A stretch of 64,000 nucleotides of DNA from a virus (IMGVR_UViG_3300027969_000084:5696-69695), one strand, 5' to 3'; positions 37,854-47,454 are shown, counted from the first letter of the stretch. Made by a program: numbers and translations. The notes: generated by a model not told the origin, from the letters alone.

Positions 37854-38489
37854 TTAAATATTAGTGCTATAAATTACAGTAACATTACATTCCTGAAAAT
37901 CAAGCTCAATTTGGTTAACCGAACCGTTAAGATCGATTGCACGGGTCAAATCCTTGATGACAACGGATTCGAATCCACACTTGATTGCATCAATTGCAGA
38001 AAAACCAACACAAAAATCATAAGCAAGACCTACAAAGAAGCAGCGCTTGATACCACGCGCAGTCAAATAACCGCGAAGACCAGTATCGGTATTCTTATCA
38101 TTTTCTCTGAACGCAGAATATGAATCCACGTCAGATTTGGTTCCTTTGCGGATAATAGCTTGCGCCTTAGTTACCGTATCGGAAATATTCTTATGGAACT
38201 CAGAACCATATGTATTTTGAATGCAATGATCTGGCCACAAAACTTGATCGCCATATGCCACCTTCGCCAAACCGAAAGCTTCACCACCGTCATGATTTGA
38301 CGCAAATGAGATTTGATTTTGAGGATGCCAATCTTGCGTCACCACAACATTATTGAACTTTTTTGCAAACTCATTAATTGGTAACATAATTTCATCACCG
38401 CCAGAAACGGCTAGAGCGCCATTGGGGCAGAAATCATTTTGTGGATCGATGACGATAAGAACGTCGGTATCATTAATTTGAATATTCAT
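37854..38489 (-). CDS. pncA: nicotinamidase
   Basis: IDPQNDFC, QDWHP, LWPDHC, IRKG, DSYSAF, GLAYDFCV. Confidence 0.95.
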   Translation of the reverse strand: MNIQINDTDVLIVIDPQNDFCPNGALAVSGGDEIMLPINEFAKKFNNVVVTQDWHPQNQISFASNHDGGEAFGLAKVAYGDQVLWPDHCIQNTYGSEFHKNISDTVTKAQAIIRKGTKSDVDSYSAFRENDKNTDTGLRGYLTARGIKRCFFVGLAYDFCVGFSAIDAIKCGFESVVIKDLTRAIDLNGSVNQIELDFQECNVTVIYSTNI

Positions 38490-38501
38490 TTGTATTTCTC
38501 C

Positions 38502-39836
38502 TTAAACTTTTACAGCGTTTGATTGAACACCATCTGTGCCGAACACAGAAATATAGCGTTCTACTTCTTCTTTAGACCCCGAAGCTTTCGAAATATTATC
38601 CGATAGCTTTACGGAAGACTTTCCTTCAACGGATGAAACCTTACATACGAGGCTGATAGGCTTCATATAATCAGGATCATTTGGCGCACAGCCAATAAAA
38701 TCACATGTAAACATGGTCCCCCAACCATATGCATCACGAACACGACCATGGAAGTGATTGTAGATATCAACAATGTCTTCACCTTGTGGTTCGAAACCAT
38801 CAATCCGAACATCTAAACCATCACTGAACAAAACTAGCTTTTCAGCAGGATTTTTCATGTGATAATTCCAATAACAAATTAGTTCTTCTCCACCAGGAAT
38901 GGGTTTCTTTGAGTCTGGCCGGAAGCCAGTCCAATCAGCCAGCCAACTTGGTGCATCGCGTAGGAATTGCGTTGTTCCAAAGGTATCAGGAAGAGCCACT
39001 AGAAGAGCGCCGCGATAGTCATCCTGCCACTGTTGAAGAACCTTATATTGAGATTGCTTCAACTCCGCATCATCCTTTGATAACGCAGCAAGAACCATTG
39101 GTAGCTCATGGGCGTTTGTACCCTTTGCGTCAATGCCATGCATCATGGCGATGTAGCAGTTAGAAGTACCAACAAACTTTTCACCAAGAACTTCGCGAGC
39201 AGTCAATACACAATGCTCTTGCCACAGGAAGCTATGACGGCGGCGAGTACCAAAGTCAGACAATGCTAGTTCATCGAGAGTGTTTAGACGCTCAAGCTTG
39301 GCATAAAGCTTAACCTTTGCACGAGCGTACATGATGTCCAATTGCGAACGATTCATCTTTTGCATCTTGGCACGATAGCGCATCTCATTAATGATGGTTA
39401 GTGCATAGATTTCGAACAAACTCGTCTCAAGCCACTTGCCATTAAAGGTAAGAGCGATCTGCCCTTCTTTGACTTCGATAGTGTAATCAGCCAGTTTAAA
39501 ACTACTACGTAGATAATCGAGATATCCCTTACCGAAAATACCAGATTGCCCATAGAAGGTTTGACCAGCTAGCCAGATCAATTCATTTTGTTGAAACTTC
39601 AATGTTTGAACATGATCTAGTTGTTCACGCAATTCATTGATATCAATCTCATATCCCAACAAGACTGTCTTAGTTCGGTTAGTGACCGAAAAAGAAACTT
39701 CAGTATTGGGATACTTGCGCCAAATAAATTGATGCATGAGCAACTTATAGAAGTCTGTATCTAAAAGACTGCGAACGATATAATCGCGAGGAAAACTATG
39801 ATCCCACGCACGCTTTGCGAAATTAGTGTTTTCCAT
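38502..39836 (-). CDS. pncB: nicotinate phosphoribosyltransferase
   Basis: SLLDTDFYK, DFGTRRR, GTSN, GTNAHE, RPDS, FSDGL, KLSDN. Confidence 0.95.
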   Translation of the reverse strand: MENTNFAKRAWDHSFPRDYIVRSLLDTDFYKLLMHQFIWRKYPNTEVSFSVTNRTKTVLLGYEIDINELREQLDHVQTLKFQQNELIWLAGQTFYGQSGIFGKGYLDYLRSSFKLADYTIEVKEGQIALTFNGKWLETSLFEIYALTIINEMRYRAKMQKMNRSQLDIMYARAKVKLYAKLERLNTLDELALSDFGTRRRHSFLWQEHCVLTAREVLGEKFVGTSNCYIAMMHGIDAKGTNAHELPMVLAALSKDDAELKQSQYKVLQQWQDDYRGALLVALPDTFGTTQFLRDAPSWLADWTGFRPDSKKPIPGGEELICYWNYHMKNPAEKLVLFSDGLDVRIDGFEPQGEDIVDIYNHFHGRVRDAYGWGTMFTCDFIGCAPNDPDYMKPISLVCKVSSVEGKSSVKLSDNISKASGSKEEVERYISVFGTDGVQSNAVKV

Positions 39837-39840
39837 AATA

Positions 39841-41079
39841 TTAATCCTTAATCATTTGTTTGAGCGTCTGAATCATTGAAAAATGGTCCTCGAACATCTG
39901 GTCACGCTTAATTTGGTCCAAGCGAACCCACTTAGCCCGCTTAGCATCATCGGCTGCACGGACCTTGGGAAGCGCCAGAGCGTCCTTAATTCGTTTCTTA
40001 TACGATGCATCAGATTCATCCTTAAGGCGGTCAGGAGCCTTCGGTTGAAGGTGGAACAGCGTTGCGTGAGTGATCGTGCGACCACGCATTGAACGGTGTG
40101 GGGCATCGAAAACTTTAGTAGCAACAATGCTTCCCTTAAGAACGCTGTCGGGAACCTTCAGCTTGGTTTCTTCACGAAGTTCTCGAATGCAAGCCTGATC
40201 GATGTATTCTTCCGGATCAAGATGCCCACCAGGAAGTGCCCAAAGACCCATGCCTGGGCGAGCTTTTCTTTGAATAAGAAGAACGTGTCCTGCCTGAACA
40301 ACCATATTGTCAACAGTTACGAACTTTGGTGGGAAAAGTTGAACTTCTCGGCCCCCAATCATGACTTGATACTTTTCACCACCAACTTCAACTTCTACCA
40401 TTCGGCCACCAACACGAACCTTGGCATTATATGGTTCAAGATATTTCGTCATGAAATCCCATTCATCTACCATGTTCTGATATTCGGGATTATTTTCGCG
40501 GAACTCTTTGAGGAAATTGTAAACGCCACGTGGAACGAGATTGATCAAGTCAGTAGTTATGAACTTATCAACTAAACTTTTATCTGCATCAAAATAATAT
40601 TTACGAATATTTTTAGCAGATATGCTTTTGTGATTATCTACGTCAATGGATTCCCATTCGGGGAACTCTTTTAGATAAAAACTAGAATTATCTTTTGAAT
40701 GACCAACAAGCGCCGTTGTAACGGTCGTGATCTTATAATGATTCATGATTTTTTCAGAAACCTCAGCGGCAAGGCGGCGGATTTCTTCGGACCAAAGTGT
40801 CATGTTATTATAGTCTTCGCAATGGCGAATATGAACTCTCGCCTTTTGCTCGTCTGTTAGGGAGGCGAGAATCATTTGCTCGCGTTCTTCCGAAGTAAAT
40901 GGAAGATAATCAACGCGACGGGCTTCACCCGCAGAGCCTGTTACTATAAGAATATTTTGAGAATATTGTAGAGCCGTATTAATTACGGCTAAGTGCCCAT
41001 CGTGAAAACACTGGAATCTTCCGACGAATACGGAAAGATCATACATATGCGCGACCGCAGCCGCTTCATTATTTGTCAT
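39841..41079 (-). CDS. nadM: bifunctional NMN/NaMN adenylyltransferase - ADP-ribose pyrophosphatase (NadM-Nudix)
   Basis: GRFQCFHDGH, GHSKDNSSFYL..FPEW, Nudix box GGHLDPEE...RELREET, FEDH. Confidence 0.92.
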   Translation of the reverse strand: MTNNEAAAVAHMYDLSVFVGRFQCFHDGHLAVINTALQYSQNILIVTGSAGEARRVDYLPFTSEEREQMILASLTDEQKARVHIRHCEDYNNMTLWSEEIRRLAAEVSEKIMNHYKITTVTTALVGHSKDNSSFYLKEFPEWESIDVDNHKSISAKNIRKYYFDADKSLVDKFITTDLINLVPRGVYNFLKEFRENNPEYQNMVDEWDFMTKYLEPYNAKVRVGGRMVEVEVGGEKYQVMIGGREVQLFPPKFVTVDNMVVQAGHVLLIQRKARPGMGLWALPGGHLDPEEYIDQACIRELREETKLKVPDSVLKGSIVATKVFDAPHRSMRGRTITHATLFHLQPKAPDRLKDESDASYKKRIKDALALPKVRAADDAKRAKWVRLDQIKRDQMFEDHFSMIQTLKQMIKD

Positions 41080-41133
41080 AGTAAATCCTACCATGTTATG
41101 ACCGATCTGGGTCTATTCCCTGAACGTTAAATA

Positions 41134-41163
41134 TATTTAGCACGAATAAAACTATGTTGTCAA
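41134..41163 (-). promoter_or_regulatory. composite promoter of the NAD operon
   Basis: TTGACA-N16-GCTAAATA: alphaproteobacterial housekeeping-type -35/-10 that also contains the TAAATA late box. Confidence 0.55.
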
Positions 41164-41179
41164 ATTAATTTTAACAAAT

Positions 41180-41211
41180 AAAAAAGCCGCTAGGCGAACC
41201 TAGCGGCTTTT
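41180..41211. terminator. intrinsic terminator downstream of mucR
   Basis: AAAAGCCGCTAGG-CGAA-CCTAGCGGCTTTT. Confidence 0.85.
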
Positions 41212-41245
41212 CTTATGAAGGCAGAATAACTACCCTCATTATATA

Positions 41246-41803
41246 TTATTCAGCAACGAAAGCTTCCACTTCGGTTTCCACCGAAGCAACCACCTTGGCC
41301 TTGCGAGCACGAGGAGCCTTGGCTTCCACTTCGACAACGGTTTCCACCGCTTCAAAAGCTTCAACTGCGTCAACCTTGCGCTTACGGCCACCACCGATGC
41401 CCAGACCCGATGCCTTGGCAAGTTCCGAACGCTTTGCAGCGTAGTTCGGAGCAACCATAGGATAGTCAGCAGCCAGACCCCAACGGGCGCGGTACTCATC
41501 AGGGGTCAGGTTAAAGGAAGTGCGCAGATGGCGCTTCAGCGACTTCATCTTCTTACCATCTTCGAGGCAAACGATGTAGTCAGCAGTGATGGACTTCTTG
41601 ATCGAAACAGCCGGAACCAGTTCAGGCTTTTCCACAACAACTTCGGGCTGCGAAGGGTTGAGAATGGTAGCAAGCGACGTATGAATTGAAGAAATCACAG
41701 AACCAATGTCATTTTGTGAAACAGAATTGTTGCTCAGATAAGCAGCAGCCAGTTCGATGGTGGCAGTGATATGGGTCTCGGTAGTTTCGTTAAATTGCTG
41801 CAT
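41246..41803 (-). CDS. mucR: Ros/MucR family transcriptional regulator
   Basis: AAYLSNN, PAVSIKKSI, VCLEDGKKMKSLKRHL, YR.RWGL..DYPMVAPNYA..RS.LAK..GLG. Confidence 0.95.
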   Translation of the reverse strand: MQQFNETTETHITATIELAAAYLSNNSVSQNDIGSVISSIHTSLATILNPSQPEVVVEKPELVPAVSIKKSITADYIVCLEDGKKMKSLKRHLRTSFNLTPDEYRARWGLAADYPMVAPNYAAKRSELAKASGLGIGGGRKRKVDAVEAFEAVETVVEVEAKAPRARKAKVVASVETEVEAFVAE

Positions 41804-41840
41804 GTTAATCTCCTTGTGTTAAGCAGCGGACAGTGACGGT

Positions 41841-41869
41841 GTAATACGCCCGTTGTTTTAATCTGTCAA
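41841..41869 (-). promoter_or_regulatory. sigma70-type promoter of mucR
   Basis: TTGACA-N17-TATTAC; AAGGAG SD downstream. Confidence 0.65.
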
Positions 41870-42019
41870 ACGCTTTTAGTAAAAAAAGTGAAAAAAAATC
41901 AAATCCTCAAAAAAACAACTTAATTTCATACCCTCTTACTCGACAATCATACCAATTATTTCACCGATTATATAAGCCTTTGTATACGAAAATTGACAAG
42001 AATAATTTAATACATTATA

Positions 42020-42385
42020 ATGCGCATTAGAAACTCATGCAGGAATTTGTTTAAAATGATTAATCTTATCAAGAAGTTAGTATTAGAAATTGGAATGCTA
42101 TTAGAATTCCTATTTTGGAATATCTGGAAAATGCGGGCGGCTTTGCCCGCAGGTATAATTTCTTTCCTGTTTACGCTACATGCTGCGAAGAGCGGAGACA
42201 TTGCGAATATCGCTGCTGCATTTGTTGTTTGTTTTCTCGCATGGATATGTGCGTATGTCGAAGGATGGGATACACGAGTTGCTTTTAAGATATATCATCG
42301 GAATAAAACAAAAAAGATGATGGATCGTTTTAGAAAAGAATTTGGAGACGAAGTTGTTGATGCCGCCCTTAATCAAAAGGATTAG
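42020..42385 (+). CDS. membrane protein
   Basis: two or three hydrophobic segments; start uncertain. Confidence 0.65.
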   Translation: MRIRNSCRNLFKMINLIKKLVLEIGMLLEFLFWNIWKMRAALPAGIISFLFTLHAAKSGDIANIAAAFVVCFLAWICAYVEGWDTRVAFKIYHRNKTKKMMDRFRKEFGDEVVDAALNQKD

Positions 42386-42394
42386 GAGAATAAT

Positions 42395-42766
42395 ATGTAT
42401 GTAGGTTGGTTGTTACCCGCGTCTGATCGCGAAAAATTAATGATGTATATAAAGCCAGCATATCCAGATGTTTTGGCACATCATGTTACATTGCAGTTTG
42501 GCGTCCCTGCCGATTATCCTCTGCCCGAAGAAACGCAGGGTTTGGTCGTTGGTATTGTAGATGATGGAAAAGGGGTTCAAGCCGTTATTGTTAAGATTGA
42601 CGGAACAACCAAACGCCCTGATGGATCAACATATCATATTACTTGGTCGATAGATAAAGACGCTGGCCGCAAACCCGTTGACAGCAACACAGTAATCGCT
42701 GATATTGGTTGGCAGAAATTAATGTACGAGGTTCCAATCAAGCTGGAACCCATGATAGCAAAATAG
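42395..42766 (+). CDS. 2H phosphoesterase-like protein
   Basis: two HxT motifs (HHVTL, YHITW); AGGAG SD. Confidence 0.7.
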   Translation: MYVGWLLPASDREKLMMYIKPAYPDVLAHHVTLQFGVPADYPLPEETQGLVVGIVDDGKGVQAVIVKIDGTTKRPDGSTYHITWSIDKDAGRKPVDSNTVIADIGWQKLMYEVPIKLEPMIAK

Positions 42767-42776
42767 GATCGATAAA

Positions 42777-43583
42777 ATGGGCTGTTGGAACGAAACTTGC
42801 GGATTTTCTAATCTGCCAATTACCGATGGTATGCCAGTTCGAGCAATGTTCATAAAGCGAGTGAAGGAGAGCCGATATAAAGGTGCTGCCTTATTTTATG
42901 CTTTTGATCTCTTCCATCCAGCGACCATTATGATCAAATCGACATATGACGATTATGGTTGGCTCAATGTCACGGCAGCGGAACTTGTTCCTCTTATCGT
43001 TAATGTAGAAAATATGGGTCTGGATATTTCTTTTCGTAATGAAGAAAATGGTTTTAAACCAGATGATTTACCAGAAGATACCTATCTTTGGATGATTAGA
43101 GAAGATGTGTATCAAATGCTGCGAGATATTCCTCTTGATCATTGGGGCGATAAACCAAAGTTCGTTGGTGAATATGTTGATAGATTGCGAGTGGATTATG
43201 CCAAACTAGCAACTGATATTAAAGCGGAACTGGTCACAGAAACTGAAAAGATGGGCATTTGGTCCTTTACTCTTCGGGATAGAATGGACCGTTTATTTGG
43301 AAGAAACGATACGGCAATTAGGTGGCCGTTGCGAGAATTTTTATTACCAACGAGTGGACTTGATATTCCGCCAGATAATGTGGATGAACTGGTGGATATT
43401 CATCAAATATTTTCTGCGATGAATGCTCTCAGAAAAAACTTAGTTCCGACTATTGGTGGCGGTTCGCAAGATTATAATGAAGGCGGTTATAGGGTCATCG
43501 CAAATTTTATGAACAATGCGATGGACGAATATCGAAAGCACTATGATCATTGGGAAGATGAAGATGAAGAAGTTGAATCCTGA
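42777..43583 (+). CDS. hypothetical phage protein
   Basis: MGCWNETCGFSNLPI..G..V...YDDYG N-terminal pattern. Confidence 0.75.
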   Translation: MGCWNETCGFSNLPITDGMPVRAMFIKRVKESRYKGAALFYAFDLFHPATIMIKSTYDDYGWLNVTAAELVPLIVNVENMGLDISFRNEENGFKPDDLPEDTYLWMIREDVYQMLRDIPLDHWGDKPKFVGEYVDRLRVDYAKLATDIKAELVTETEKMGIWSFTLRDRMDRLFGRNDTAIRWPLREFLLPTSGLDIPPDNVDELVDIHQIFSAMNALRKNLVPTIGGGSQDYNEGGYRVIANFMNNAMDEYRKHYDHWEDEDEEVES

Positions 43584-43911
43584 TATGGATATTAAACGCA
43601 ATCTCGACCTTATTCGACAGGTGAATATAAACCTATATGGAAAAGATGGGCCAATGATAAAAATCAGAGATTTGTCAGAATACAAGTTCGTATTCAAAAG
43701 AAATGAAAATGATTTTCAAGATGTTTATGATTTTCTGTCATCTAATTCTATAGAATATAGACAAGATGATATCATGAATATGGGCGTGGTCGATGTGATG
43801 ATCCACACAAACAACAAACTATCTGTTTTGATGATATATACAAAAAGCCCAGATAGCGCAATGCTTATTAAAATGCGGTGGAATGAAGACGGAACATTTT
43901 TTGCATTATAG
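43564..43911 (+). CDS. FKLRW-tail family protein (divergent)
   Basis: IYTKSPDSAMLIKMRWN. Confidence 0.6.
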   Translation: MKKLNPDMDIKRNLDLIRQVNINLYGKDGPMIKIRDLSEYKFVFKRNENDFQDVYDFLSSNSIEYRQDDIMNMGVVDVMIHTNNKLSVLMIYTKSPDSAMLIKMRWNEDGTFFAL

Positions 43912-43952
43912 TATTTGGTAGAATAGCATATTTTTTTTACATCCGACAAATA

Positions 43953-44177
43953 CTATCTTGTCATGTCGTCGTCTATTATATCATTCCAGAAAAGTTTGAA
44001 TATAGTCGCATCATTTCTGTTAAACATTATACCATATAAGTTTAAGCGGTCAAGCTTTGCTATAATTTTGTATGAGGGTGTATTCAACTCACACCATTTC
44101 TCAATCTCATCATCAAGTTTTTTTATCCAAAAGCTTTTATTTTCTTTAGCAAATCTCAAGTTAAAACTCTTTTTCAT
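43953..44177 (-). CDS. FKLRW-tail family protein
   Basis: EKWCELNTPSY, IMFNRNDATIFKLFWN. Confidence 0.7.
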   Translation of the reverse strand: MKKSFNLRFAKENKSFWIKKLDDEIEKWCELNTPSYKIIAKLDRLNLYGIMFNRNDATIFKLFWNDIIDDDMTR

Positions 44178-44217
44178 TTATGCGATAAATACTACATTAA
44201 GTTATGTGGGGTTGCAA

Positions 44218-46524
44218 GTGATATCTTTAAAAACAGTCGCATCTGAGATATTTCAAATTATTCGCTCATTCGATTATACAACGGTTATGTATAACGATGA
44301 GGGAAATGAAGTATATGAACCAAACGAAGCTAGACGCTTTTTTATCCTACCAAGAAATATGTTATTATCATTAATCGATGACGGCGATGATAGTTCTATA
44401 AAATTGTATTTGAGCAAGTCAACTAAAGCTAAATATATCAAAGGATTTATAGATACTTTAAGAACAACTGCAACTAAAGATAACATGATTTGGCTTGTAA
44501 CGCAAAAAGATACCGAATTAAAGCCTTCGGATTTTGCAACAAAATCAGCCGTAAATGAAAGTAGAAAGACTGAAATGGATATTTTTGAAGGCATGTATGG
44601 AACATCTCGTAGTTCATATCTTACATTAGAAAACGCAAAACTTATTGTCCGTCATGACGGGAAAATAAATGAAAATTCTATTGGCGGGCGTAGTAGAAAT
44701 ATCAAAAAAATATTCATTGAGAATGCTCAAGGTGAGCGAATGCTTTTCCCAACACGTCAATTGATTCCAGCACGCGCAGAATTGCAGCATGTAAATCAAG
44801 GTGGGAATTTCAATGATGCCATTTCACAACAAATCATGCGGATGGCTAATGATTTTTCCAATCTAAGTTTTGCATCCACGGAAATTGCGTCTGCCGCTCC
44901 AATGTTGGGAGAATCGGCAATGAAAATTAGAGAAGCTTGTCGTTGTAAAATAACCGAAATGAAAAAGTGCTTTGAGCGTTTGTCTCGTCCATTTGGATAT
45001 AAAATGGAATCTAAGAAGATGAATGAAACCGTTCTCACTGAGAATGAAGATCAACCATTAGATATTTCTCCATTGAAAGAAGTTCTAACCTGCGAAGGTT
45101 TTGAATTATCCGAAAGTGTTCTTAAAAGTATTGCGGAAGCAGTAAAGAGTGTTGCAGAAGCATTGACTGCGGGAACTCCAATTCAACGACCAGACCAAAG
45201 CGATGAAGATTATCTTGATAGTTTAGAAGAACCCACCTATTTGCGCAGGAAAAGAGCAGAACAAAATGCACAAGATGCTCTTGGCGGTGGCCAAAAATTA
45301 AGAACAGAACCAAATGAACCTTCCGAAGTTAAAGAAGATTATTCTGAAGATGACGAAGAACCAATTGAAAAAACAAGAAAAGGCCCAGAACAAGTAACTA
45401 TTTTAGGAAAATCAGTTGATAAGTCAGCATGGGAAGATTTGCTGTCGGATAGGTTGGACTTAAGCCGCGAACCTGACATGTCAATTATGCCACGATTTAC
45501 TAGCGATGAAGCTAAAAAATCATTTATGCTATCTAAGATCGTTCCATATGTTAAGAATGATAGCATGTTAAATCTTTTAAGTTATTTTTCGGATATGATT
45601 GAAAATCCGCGCCTTAATCCCGATGCTCGTAGAAAAATGAACATGGTAATTTCTGTTGCAATTAAAAGTGCAAAAGTTCCCGATGAGGCAGAATCAGAAT
45701 CAGAATTAGTAAACAACGAAGTTATTCGCGAGTTTAATGAATGGATGGAGCAATTTGATGTTTCAAATATTTTAAGTGAATCTGGAACTAGCGAAGCAGT
45801 TGAGAACGCAATTTCTCACCGCATCATGCGCCAGCGTCCCGATCTCCTATCAAAATTTGGGCCTGCAAAAGTTATGGCGGCAATTGCGGACGAGGCTAGT
45901 TATCTAGATGATTTAGACGAAATTGGTAGCTCGGACATTTCTGGGTGGGTCGATAACATTTCAAGAACCTTAGAAAGTGGAAGCAACGACGATATTGACG
46001 AAAATCAAGAATGCAATTTAGAAGAATCTGAACCATATGAAGGTGAAGAAGAATTGCAAGCGGCACAAGTCGAAGCAACTGATGATTTCGATGTTAATGA
46101 TTTCTTAAATGATTACGGCGATGAGCTTTATTGGGATCAAGGAAAGTTTGATACTACCGGATTAGAAGACGAAGACCTTAAATTTGAAAAAAGCTATGTA
46201 GAAGGTCTCGTTCAACATTATCTTGAAGCACAAGTATATGATAAAACTGGCCAAGATGTTGATATGAAAGAGTTTGTTCAATATGTTTGGGATCAAGTTG
46301 AACCTCTATTAGCCGATGCAGGACACATTCTTACCGAATTTTTCGATGGTTCATTAACTTTCTCTCATGTCGATATCATTATCCCAACAAATCAGGGAGA
46401 TGATTTAGAACGAGAGGTTACAAAACCAAGTTCAACCGATCCATTTACTGGACAAGAAGTACCAGTAGATGATGATTATATCACCAGAATGAGAACTCTT
46501 GCTGGTATGCCTTGGAATCGATAA
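44218..46524 (+). CDS. large acidic late structural protein
   Basis: TAAATA at 44186-44191 then GTG 44218 (upstream extension overlaps an opposite-strand gene); C-terminal ITRMRTLAGM. Confidence 0.75.
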   Translation: MISLKTVASEIFQIIRSFDYTTVMYNDEGNEVYEPNEARRFFILPRNMLLSLIDDGDDSSIKLYLSKSTKAKYIKGFIDTLRTTATKDNMIWLVTQKDTELKPSDFATKSAVNESRKTEMDIFEGMYGTSRSSYLTLENAKLIVRHDGKINENSIGGRSRNIKKIFIENAQGERMLFPTRQLIPARAELQHVNQGGNFNDAISQQIMRMANDFSNLSFASTEIASAAPMLGESAMKIREACRCKITEMKKCFERLSRPFGYKMESKKMNETVLTENEDQPLDISPLKEVLTCEGFELSESVLKSIAEAVKSVAEALTAGTPIQRPDQSDEDYLDSLEEPTYLRRKRAEQNAQDALGGGQKLRTEPNEPSEVKEDYSEDDEEPIEKTRKGPEQVTILGKSVDKSAWEDLLSDRLDLSREPDMSIMPRFTSDEAKKSFMLSKIVPYVKNDSMLNLLSYFSDMIENPRLNPDARRKMNMVISVAIKSAKVPDEAESESELVNNEVIREFNEWMEQFDVSNILSESGTSEAVENAISHRIMRQRPDLLSKFGPAKVMAAIADEASYLDDLDEIGSSDISGWVDNISRTLESGSNDDIDENQECNLEESEPYEGEEELQAAQVEATDDFDVNDFLNDYGDELYWDQGKFDTTGLEDEDLKFEKSYVEGLVQHYLEAQVYDKTGQDVDMKEFVQYVWDQVEPLLADAGHILTEFFDGSLTFSHVDIIIPTNQGDDLEREVTKPSSTDPFTGQEVPVDDDYITRMRTLAGMPWNR

Positions 46525-46557
46525 TCTAATGGTGGCGGTCTTATCCTAAATAAAGAT

Positions 46558-47454
46558 ATGACCGCCACCATAGAAATATACTCATTTCCAAAAGTTGTTA
46601 CATTGACTCTTGGTGGTAACACCGGAGGAAGTCTAATGAATTATCCTATCAATAATACGGACTTTACTTTAATTAAAGGCGTAACAAACGAAATATTGTT
46701 TTTCGTAAAGAATGTTGATCGTCAACCGATTACCGCAAATTCTTTAACAAATTCTGGCATAGTCCATCTTCGCATGATCATAACTGATCACCACAATAAT
46801 CAATTATTACTAGGTGATCGATCCGCACCAATTCCAGATACTTTTAATAGTAGCGTGTTAGTTCCTTATACGTTAGCTAACCCTGCTAAAGGTATCTGGA
46901 TGTTTACGGCATCATCAAACGATATAGCAGATTGGCCTTTAGGTAATTTGCGATATTCGGTAGTTGGAGATAGAATACAGGGCGATCAGGTTATGTTATA
47001 CACAAATAGATCATATGGCCCATACGGCTCATTGGAGGTCATTGAAGGGCCATATCCCATGCCACCAGAAGCTATCGTAGTAACACCGGATATGATGGTG
47101 AACACGAACGTAGTTGGAGCGGCAACTATTATGACATCCGGCAGTTACCCTGGCGCAGCAACGGTTGGGAACATTAGTGGTATGCATAGTGCTGTTTTCA
47201 CGCTATCGGATTTCAAGGGTGGAATCATGGTGGAAGCTACTTTAGAAAATCAACCATCACAAAATTCAGCAGATTGGTTTTTAGCAAATATAGAATCATC
47301 AACTAATGGTGTAATTGATGCCGGTATCGTTACATTTAGTTCTCCAGTAAGCGAAGCAATATATCTGTCAGTTTTAGGAAATTATACGTATGTTAGATTT
47401 ACCATTAAACCACTAGAGGGATCATTGGAAAACATAGCATACAGAAATAATTGA
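46558..47454 (+). CDS. late beta-rich structural protein
   Basis: TAAATA-N5-ATG; T/S/G/N-rich beta composition. Confidence 0.7.
   Translation: MTATIEIYSFPKVVTLTLGGNTGGSLMNYPINNTDFTLIKGVTNEILFFVKNVDRQPITANSLTNSGIVHLRMIITDHHNNQLLLGDRSAPIPDTFNSSVLVPYTLANPAKGIWMFTASSNDIADWPLGNLRYSVVGDRIQGDQVMLYTNRSYGPYGSLEVIEGPYPMPPEAIVVTPDMMVNTNVVGAATIMTSGSYPGAATVGNISGMHSAVFTLSDFKGGIMVEATLENQPSQNSADWFLANIESSTNGVIDAGIVTFSSPVSEAIYLSVLGNYTYVRFTIKPLEGSLENIAYRNN

Noticed and set aside
43963-44217. N-terminal extension of the 853-aa ORF
   Set aside because: Overlaps a family gene on the opposite strand and lies mostly upstream of the late promoter.
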